From Ptychomitrium polyphyllum (taxonomy: Eukaryota): a stretch of DNA of 64,000 nucleotides. Positions 55,213 through 64,000 of this stretch are shown piece by piece. The stretch lies in the NCBI GenBank assembly GCA_973851085.1, contig OZ316775.1, forward strand, positions 23,002,001 to 23,066,000, read 5' to 3'. The notes below the pieces were generated by a model that was given only the letters and a program-made list of their open reading frames with translations, was not told the DNA's origin and did not search any database. Every line of letters begins with the position of its first letter. Position 1 is the first letter of the stretch. A program made the translations under genes and the position numbers.

Positions 55213-57228
55213 ATGGAACCCGCTTGGGCAGTGACACTAGCAGTTCTGGCTGCGGCATTGCCTTCCCTTCTCCTTGTGTTCATAATCTACTCTTACAGCC
55301 GACGCCTCTGGAGGAAATATTTTGCCACAGAGCTAGAGCCTGTTCCCATAGACAGACGTGATGCGGCTCTCAAACGCAGCGCCCTCATGGCCAGCTTATG
55401 GCGCAGCAGCATCCCTCTGAGAGCCTTCCAATGGAGCGAGCACCCCTCCCATGTAATAACCGCCTTGGAGCATGGATGGGCCGCCTTTGCCTTCTCCTAT
55501 GCCGCCTCTGCCATGGGCGCCTTTGCAGGCCCGGTGCATCAAATGTGGGAGATGTGTGGCTCATGCTCAGCAATGAAATTCTGTGCGCCCGAAATCACCT
55601 GGACGTCACAGAGCTCAGAAGAATGCATGCAACAGATTCGGTTGAATCCTAATTTGAGGTCCAACAAGGACGGTTGTGTGTTGCCAGTGCAAGCACTTCA
55701 GACAGCTTTGCCTTTGCCTGGCCCTGTTCTGGGTCCTTGCCCTTACCCTCAGGAGTCCTATTTCGAGCTTTTGGTTTTAGCCTCCGGAAATGAGTTAGTC
55801 TCGGAGCACAGCTCTCTAGCTGGGAGTGAGCGAGTGAAGCTGATTGCACAGACTTTGACCTCGGATCGTTATCAACAAGGGCAGAGCTTGGGGGATTTTA
55901 ATTATACCGACTTTTGTCGAAAGGTTAACTCTCAGCTGAAGACCAACGCTGACGTGGAGTATAATAAAAGTGGAATTAGCTCCAATAATATTATGAATGA
56001 TTGTGAGAATGAGCAGAAAGGAGACGGTGGAAAGTTGGGTGACGAGAGTATGCTTCAGAAAGTAGATCATATTGATTGGGATGAACTACTTTCAGTTGGC
56101 CTTGCAGGTGCAGATGCACCGCCATTCCGGCTCTTGGGATTCGATCCAGGGTCGGTTGGATTTCTCTCGGCAGACGGTCAATGCTATGTCAACGGTCAGT
56201 TAAATTCCATCGTGTGTCAATTACCACTTCAATTTTGTTACCCAAGTACTGGTATGTGGTCCACCACAAATATCCCCATACGGATTATATGAGACAATCA
56301 ATTTGCATTCATGTGCTGATGTTTCAGGTTTGAGTAGGACAGACTTGGATAGTTATAATTTCTTTGATTTTACAAAAACGGAATTTGGAAGGAGATATAG
56401 CTCTAGATACTTACTCTTCGATGCTGCATCAGTGGCCAAGATGTCTGCTAACCAATCCATATCCTGTCAGTTACCACTTCAATTCTATAATGCATAGAAC
56501 TGCTATTTAGCACCACAATGATACTCCCACACATGGATCAATTTAATATGAGGCCCACCCTTTAGATATGGCAGTATTTGCTTCCATGTGCGGATGTTTC
56601 ATATTTGAGTAAGATTGACACTGATATTTCAATTTTCTTTTAACATACGAACATGGAGATTCAAACGAGGTTTGGCTTTAGATATTTCAGTTCTTTTGGT
56701 TAATGGATCAAGAGACATGTTTTTAATCCACTATGCTCTTAGTTGTGACCAGGTATGCCACTCACACAAGGGAAGGAACTCGTGCCACCGAAGGGGCGGC
56801 CATGGGGGGCAGTGAAGACGACAGTGGGGTGTGGATTCGACCCCCGACTGAAGAGGGTGTACTTCACAGTAAACGGGGAACTCGTGCACGAAGCGTTTCT
56901 CAAGAGTGCTGATTTTGGCAACCCACTCTACCCCACTATAGCCAGCAACTACGACGTGACAGTTTTGGTAAACTTAGGTCAGAGAACATTCGAGTACGTC
57001 CCTGCAAACGTCGCTCGCATTGCCAACCCGTGCTGCCGCATCCTGCAGGCCAGGCCTGTGAGGAAGAGCAGCTCCTTCTTTGACGATGACATCAGTACTG
57101 ACCTGTTCTCTATGGGTAGATTTGACTCCCACTGGCTGTCTGACTTGGAGCACCGCCATGGCCATTCCGAGGCAGATTCTGATCTCTTTGAGATCGTTCT
57201 GGACGGTGGGCATACTCTGAAACGATAA
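55213..57228 (+). CDS. N-terminal TM anchor + SPRY (B30.2-like) domain protein, Ssh4/Ear1-like plant family, 2 exons, ~485 aa
   Basis: Exons 55213-56194 and 56753-57228 join in phase 1 (AACG|GT..AG|GT; 1458 nt). Hydrophobic residues ~5-27; motifs FQWSEHP..LEHGW, PQESYFEL, GSVGF..DG, TTVGCGFDP..VYFTVNG, LYPTIA..VNLGQ.F. Confidence 0.88.
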
Positions 57229-59784
57229 TTAGGCTAATTGGTTATTTGTTGGTCAGTTAATTAGTTTTGAGCTCATTAACTGTACAGCCAACTAGGATTA
57301 ACTTAGACTCTGCTATTACAATCTGGGTTATACAGTGACTAAGTTTAATTCTGAATCACCAGTAACTGTGTTGCCAGTGACCTTTGTGTCGTAGCATCTA
57401 GAAAAATTAATATGATTCGTCGACATCATTGATGTAATTTATGAGAGGCGTGTAAATTTATAGGTTGCACTATTAGTGCTGGACGCAATTCAACCCTCCT
57501 TGTTTCTCTTGCGAGTGGAGCCAGTTTCCAGGAACAGATTTGGAGCCAATCATTTTTAATTCAAGCGCTGAAAACTAGCCAGAAGAGTTGATGGGCTTAA
57601 ATTTGGAGCCTCTGGCCAACTAGGTAGCTTATGGAAACTATCCCTTAGTTTTGTCACGAGGCTAAATCCTTGTGAAGAGAATGTTGGAATCTACCCTCAA
57701 GTCTGTACCATCGTCAACCCAGTCTCATACTTGGAAGATTCGATATAAGAGGACTTTTGTTTCAGTTATCACAGGACATTACCTAGTGGACAGTATAATC
57801 CATGCTTTGGGGATTCAAAATAGAATTTGGAGAAACATAAGCAGATTTTGAATGTTCATCTTGCTATGTTAGCTATGTAGAACTTATTTATGACAACATA
57901 GTGGAGCTTAAACATAACGGTAATGTTGGCTACATTTGATGTTAATATGTTTCATTCTTGAGAATGATTGTGTTACATACTGCAATTAGTTCAAGTTTGG
58001 ATACTTTTTTTAATCTGCAGATCATCAGTTTGGTGACTTGTTAAGCTTTATAACGATTAAGGTTAGTAACTACTGAGCCATCAATAACTTAATAGTTTCT
58101 TAGTAGAAATCCTTATCTCAAAAAAGTGAGCTATACCAGTATTGTGATTGGTAACTACCAAGTATTCTAAAGCTCGGTAATTTTTTTCTAGAATGTATAG
58201 ATTAAAAAAAAGCATTCTATATGAGTTTATAGGTGATACTACCTAATGGAAGAGACATAGTAGTATTAAAAAGTAATCATAAACTACATCCTCAATTCTC
58301 TTGGTTGAAGGTTTAAGTACTAGATTTAAGATCCTACAAAAGTGGATCTACATCTATTTGTCTAAACTAACAGAATATTATTTATCATCTGGTAGTTCCC
58401 GTTGGAGGATGTCCGGTAGTATCTATAGGGAGAGATTGGTAGAGAAAGTCTAGTAGTACTCGGTATAACATGCAATAGCCTAGTAAGATTATCCCCCTTT
58501 TAGACTAAAGTTACATCTAAAAATACAAAAACTGATCTACTCGGACATATCTTGAAATTGAAGGCGGCAAGGTGTTTGGCGTTCTAAAGGCGGAACAGAA
58601 TGGAGAGGGGAGGTAGGTGTCATTGTATCAAGGAAAGGAATAGGAAGTAGTTGGCGTCGGATAGATGGAGTAGATAGATTAGTAGTAAGAAAAATAGAAT
58701 ATGGAGAATTAGAGAGATTGGTAACAGGCGGTAGGAAACAAAAAATAGTAGGTAATGGAGAAGTCTGAGCAATCTTACATAAAGGTTGATCAATGATTAA
58801 ATTTAGACTATCAAAATATTCATCATCCTAGTCATATATACTAAGAGAAACAGAAGAGTCCATTAGTAGATGATCATCTTCTAATCCTGAAAAGCTCTGT
58901 TGGTAATGGTGAATAATGGCGTCCTGGTTGTAAATTACGGTGTAAGCATCATGAAAGTGTTGGCAATTCTTTGTGAGTCCTTTGCGTGCTTTCCGATATC
59001 GGTACTTCGTCTGGCAATGGAGGACCTTGCTAATTTTTGCTTGTCTGTCGTTGTTGTGCGCACTTGGTAGTGGAATTGTTTGACCTGTTGTAGAAGTTTG
59101 GTATTGGGATGGGGCTGTTGACAAAAATCACTGAGGTCCTTCCGTGTGAGATTGTGATTTAAAGTGAGTTTGGTAATGAGATATTGCTGCATATGAATTA
59201 GTCGCTAATTGTAGTCTTGTTCTAATGTCAAGGATTGGACATGGGTTTCTTGCGGTGCAATGTTTGTTTGGAGGTCTTGTAATTTTGTAATAGTAATTGG
59301 AGCTACTCGGTCAACCAGTTGCGTTTATCAATGATGGTTTTGGCTCGTAAGGCTAATTGCTCAAAATTGGGGTGAACTTTGATTAGTAGCGATAGGGTCT
59401 TTAACTAATGTTATATAGCTTTCTGAAGGTTCTATAAGTTAAAGTCTACGTAGGGGATGTCATTGGTATAGTTGATAGACCAAGGTGTAGTAATGGGAAG
59501 GAGGTTGGAAATTGAGTCATTGGTAGGGGGTTTGGAAAAAAAAATGAAGATTAGCAAAGGTAGAGGGTGGAATAAGTGTAGAAGGAAGTATTAAAGCTAG
59601 CAACATGGAGTACTTGGGTACTGAAAGAATGATGGGCAGAGAAGGAGGTCTAATAGTTAGGACGACTACAAGTATTTCAATAGGAGGAGAAAGAAACTGG
59701 GAGGGGTGAAAAGTGAGAGTAGGATTAGAGATTGGAGAGGGGGATGAAAAACTATGCGGATTAGTGAAAGTAGTATAGGATGCT

Positions 59785-60949
59785 TGTCGCATACTTCTCT
59801 TTGAAGAGTGCCCGCAACACTAAGGGCACAAGGGGGACCCCGGAGTAACATCCAAGGCTTGAAGCGCTGATAGTGAAGTGCCTTGTGTAGGCCTAGCGTG
59901 GTAAAGATTCCGAGGAGCAGAAACATCCTTGTTCATGTAGACCAAGGGCCACAAGAGAGAAATTATAGGCATTAGAGGACTTACAAAGAGCATTTTCTAA
60001 AATGCTAAAGATTGCTCAAATCGGACAAGGGAACTTAAAGATATGGCATCCCAAAGTTGGGACTGCCAAGGGGCTGCTTTGGACTGTGGCAGCTCTAAAT
60101 AGTGGCTGTATTGGACTAAGATAGTGCAGGGAGAGACTCCTCAGGAGTCCCGAACTTTGGGAGAGGCATATCTTCCTGAATACTAAGTCAAATTGGACGT
60201 CTAAGGCGTTTATCGGCATCTACGCAAAGAGTAAATGACGATAGAGTGGTTTTTTGATAGATTTAGACACCAAATGTGAAAGATATGGCTCTATGAAGGT
60301 CCGCAGGAAGTCCCGGAGGCTTCCAGCAGCTAAGTTCCAAAGGAGATCGAGTGGTCTTCCAAAGTTTTGGTGTGTTAGGGTTTAGCCAGCTACAGAGGGC
60401 CAGGGGGCCTACCAAATCCCACAGAGAGTATTATAGGGGAGGGTTGGTCCCCCTCTCCACTCCCCTAATGTCCCGATAGGAACCAAGGGTGAATTCCTGT
60501 TGGTGGAGCTAGTGTTGGGGCTCTTTCACGGGGACTTCCACACCATTGTGAGCCGATGGATGACTGGTTTCACGAAAGGAACTAGTGAGATAAAAAGGGC
60601 ATGCTTGTTACCACTAAATTGGAATAGTGTCTTCACGCCGGCATTATGATGGATCTGGCGTGATCTTAGGATCACATGAGAATCATGAATGGTGGTGAGG
60701 AGATACCACTAAGTGCGGTTAGGCCGTGTAGAATGAGAGTAATACCAAGTGAGACCTTGGGCATGAATGGAAGTCCGCACCTAACCATTGGCTACCAATC
60801 AATTGGATGTCCTCAGAGAAATGATAAGGGCAATTGGAAACCAAGCCTGGAACGTGGAGAGTGAAAAAAAAAGTTAACCATGTGCATGTGGGAGTATACA
60901 AGATTGACGCGCGTGAAGTTTATTAAAGTGCATTACAAGGATTGCGACA
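59785..60949 (+). repeat. E3 5' LTR (~1165 bp)
   Basis: Terminal inverted repeat TGTCGCA...TGCGACA; 3' half homologous to 43983-45225. Confidence 0.8.
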
Positions 60950-60951
60950 TT

Positions 60952-60963
60952 CGATATTAGAGC
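60952..60963 (+). promoter_or_regulatory. Decayed tRNA-Met(i) primer binding site
   Basis: CGATATTAGAGC vs canonical TGGTATCAGAGC (9/12), 2 nt after the LTR end. Confidence 0.7.
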
Positions 60964-61001
60964 AAGCTTTGAGTATTCAAGTGCTACGTTGCGAAGAGGC
61001 A

Positions 61002-64000
61002 ATGGGTAAGAAGAAGGCCGATGATGGCAAAGACCTCGGGGCCTCTAAACAACTATACACAAGGATGAACAAAGACCCCGATCCGATTAATGAAGCTCCA
61101 TCCTTTTATTCCAATGAACAAGGGAATGACATTGGAGCCACCGAGGAAGTTGAGGAAACTCAACAAGACAAAGCGTTGGAGGGTGGAAAATAATCAAGAG
61201 CTAGAATCCTTGAGCCACCTGAGGGCCTAGGAAGTCAAAACCCTGACTTAAGTTTTTGCATGAAAATGCTCGAGTTCATGGACGATGTGAACCAAGAACT
61301 CAAGCGTGGCAAAGAAGAAAGGACCCGTCAAGAGAGGTTGATTGATTACTTGATGGCACAAGGTTCCAGGTCCTCATCTTTGACCAAGAAGTTGGCCAAG
61401 GTGAACATGCCAAGCATTTGTTTTGGGCTAGGTAAAGCCAGGAAGGTGAAGGAGTACTTTTGAAAATGGACAACTATTATGATGTCCAAAAGCTGGAGGA
61501 GGTGGACAAAATTTCAACTGCGGTGACCTTTTTGAAAGACCATGCTCTTCAATGGTGGACAAGTAAAAAAGAGCAAGAGCCGGAGTTGGTGGCGACATTG
61601 TCTTGGATCGGTTTTAAAGAGATTTTGAGTGAACGCTTCACTCCAAAAAACCAAGAGTTGAGAGACGACATGAACTTGGTGCAAATGAGGCACACCGAAT
61701 CGCTCAAGACTTATGTGCAAGATTTCAACGCCCAAATGAATGCCACATTCAAAATGGATGAGTTTTCAAAGAAATGCATCTTTTTGGGTGGGCTTCAAAA
61801 GTGGGTGGTGGACGCCTTGATCAAGTTTCCAAAGCTTTTGAAGGATGTGGCGGGAATCATTAAGATTGTAGAAAGAATTGAAGCCGACGGACCTGAAAGA
61901 AAATCAAGTGGTTCCTCTCAACAAAGTGGATTGAGCCAAAATGTATCTCGCGGTGGAGAATACAAGAAATTTGGCTTTGGAAACAAACACAAGGGACAAG
62001 TAGATGGAAGGGCTTACAACAAAGTGGACCATCATGAGAAAAAACCATTCAAATCAAGAGATAAGGGTGCTGAAGTGAAGCACAAGCGTTGCCACGACTG
62101 TGGTAAGATTGATCACTTCATTGCGGAGTGCCCCGATAAAAAAGTGAATACCAAAACTTGTCACACTTGTGTTGTAGATCACATTTTAGAAGGTGGATTT
62201 GTGGCCAAGGCTAGTACTTTTAAGCCAAGGTCGAGTCCCTTATACCTTGAGGCCCAAATAAATGGCAAAAAAGTCTCAAATTTGTTTGACACAGAGACAA
62301 CACACTCCTTCATGAGTCCCAAGCTAGCAAGGGTGTTGGGCTTATCAGCTCAAAAAACTAGCAAGTCCATCAACGTGCGATTTGCAAAAGGCAAACCGTA
62401 CGAGACGAAGGAGGTGGTATTGGATGTGGCCTTAAGCAGTGGAACATTGGAGTTGAAGGAAAGCTTTACACTATATGAGATGGATGAGGTAGACCTCATT
62501 TTAGGTGATACCTTTTTTAAAACTCATGTGGTGGATGTGAAGCGAAAGCCAGCACGGTTAGTAGTGTGCCGTGGTGGAAAGGAGGCAATGTTGAAGTTGA
62601 CTCGAACTCCTATGGTTGCAGGAGGCAAGTTGAACTTAGTCTCCTTAGAACAATTAGTGAATAACCAATTTGTGGTTGTGATGCGAATGGAGCAAGAAGA
62701 GGGGAATAGGCCAAGTGCTAGGGAGGTTAAGACTATTTCCAAGTGCATTCAAAATGTACTAAGTGGTTACAAGGATATGCTCACCAATGAGCTGCCCGGA
62801 GAGTTACCGCCAAGAAGAGAAGTAGATCACAAAATTGAAGTGATACCGGGAACGGAGCCCCCTTCAAAGGCTCCATACCGGTTGAACCAAAAAGAACTAG
62901 AGGAGTTGAAGAAGCAATTGAATGACTTGTTGGAAAGAGGCTATGTTAGGCCAAGTAAGTCGCCATATGGAGCACCGGTCCTCTTTGTAGACAAAAAGGA
63001 TGGCTAGCTCCGCATGTGAGTCAACTATAGAGCCTTGAATAAATCCACCATCAAGAACAACTATCCTTTGCCTTGGATTGATGACCTCTTTGATAGATTG
63101 GCAGGAGGTAAATACTTTAGTCGGATAGACTTGAAGTCGGGCTACTATAAAATCCGCATTGTGGATGAAGATGTGCCAAAGACCACATGCCGCACTAGGT
63201 ATGGGTCCTATGAATTTTTGGTGATGCCGTTCAGGTTGTGTAATGCTCCTTCGACGTTCACGACCCTCATGAATACCATCTTTCAAAAAGAGATGGATGA
63301 CTTTGTCATTGTCAACATTGATGACATCTTGGTGTACTCCAAGTTGGCTGAAGAACATGCATGGCACCTCGAAGTGGTGCTTCAAAAACTTAGAGACCAC
63401 AAACTTTATGCAAATGGAGAAAAGAGTGAGTTTGCTCAACTTGAGATTGAGTTCTTGGGCCATATAGTGACGGATGATGGAATCAAGTCGGACATAAAGA
63501 AGATAAAGGCAATTAGAGAGTGGAAACAACCTTCTACATAAAAGGGGCTAAGATCATTTTTTGGCCTAGCAAATTATTATAAAAAGTTCATACGCAACTT
63601 CTCCAAAATTGCTAGACCTTTGTCCGACTTGTTGAAGAAAGGAGCTAGCCAAATATGGGATGAATTTTATCACCAAGCTTTTAAAGAACTCAAGGACAAG
63701 TTGTCACAATCGCCGGTATTGAAGTTTCCCGAGTTTAAAAAGTCCTTTGAGGTCCACACGGATGCAAGTGACTTTGCCACTGGCCGAGTGCTCATGCAAG
63801 AAGGCATGCCAATTGCCTATGAGAATAAGAAATTGGATTGGTGCCAAAAGAGTTGGCCTATGCATGAGAAAGAATTCTTTGCCGTAGTGCATTGTTTGAA
63901 AACATGGCGGCACTACTTGGGCCTACATAAAACCAAAGTCTACACGGACAACATGTCCTTGAAGTACTTTGAGTCACAAGCACAAATGAGTGCAAAACAA
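61002..64000 (+). pseudogene. E3 gag-pol (fragmented)
   Basis: ORF pieces 61002-61193, 61260-61463, 61460-63007, 63035-63541 and beyond, separated by stops or a frameshift. Confidence 0.88.

Larger units (their letters stand above)
59785..64000 (+). mobile_element. E3: Ty3/Gypsy element (Galadriel-like chromovirus), 5' part, truncated by the window end; inactivated
   Basis: 5' LTR 59785-60949, decayed Met-i PBS, gag with CCHC knuckle CHDCGKIDHFIAEC, AP (DTE instead of DTG), RT (NIDD instead of YIDD, in-frame stops), RNase H HTDASD..HEKEFFAVVHCLKTWRHYL. Confidence 0.9.

Noticed and set aside
62897..63529. 210-aa antisense ORF
   Set aside because: Shadow ORF opposite RT, commonly seen on Gypsy RT

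Overview
Eukaryotic, intron-containing, AT-rich genomic DNA, most consistent with a moss (Physcomitrium/Funariaceae-like); this is an inference from gene style and retroelement types. Three intact spliced genes can be rebuilt by hand: an aldo-keto reductase (minus, 11 coding exons, 4297-7446), an SR-protein kinase (plus, 4 exons, 14132-16363) and a single-TM SPRY-domain protein (plus, 2 exons, 55213-57228). About 19-50 kb and 58-64 kb are nested, C>T/G>A-decayed transposon DNA. It holds two full-length chromodomain Ty3/Gypsy (Tcn1-like) elements of different families (E1 20299-28128 plus; E2 37579-43982 minus), a Galadriel-like Gypsy element running off the right end (E3, from 59785), several solo LTRs with TSDs and faint DNA-transposon remnants. 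The most notable result is a set of parts shared by E1 and E2. (1) An extra ORF of unknown function between chromo-integrase and PPT, intact in E2 (152 aa) and recognisably homologous but decayed in E1. (2) tRNA-independent, Tf1-style self-priming PBS/R pairs whose sequence differs between the families. (3) An identical 24-nt leader stem-loop with a palindromic TTGCAA in the loop. (4) A PEG10-like -1 frameshift signal. All alignments were done by eye; no database searches were run.
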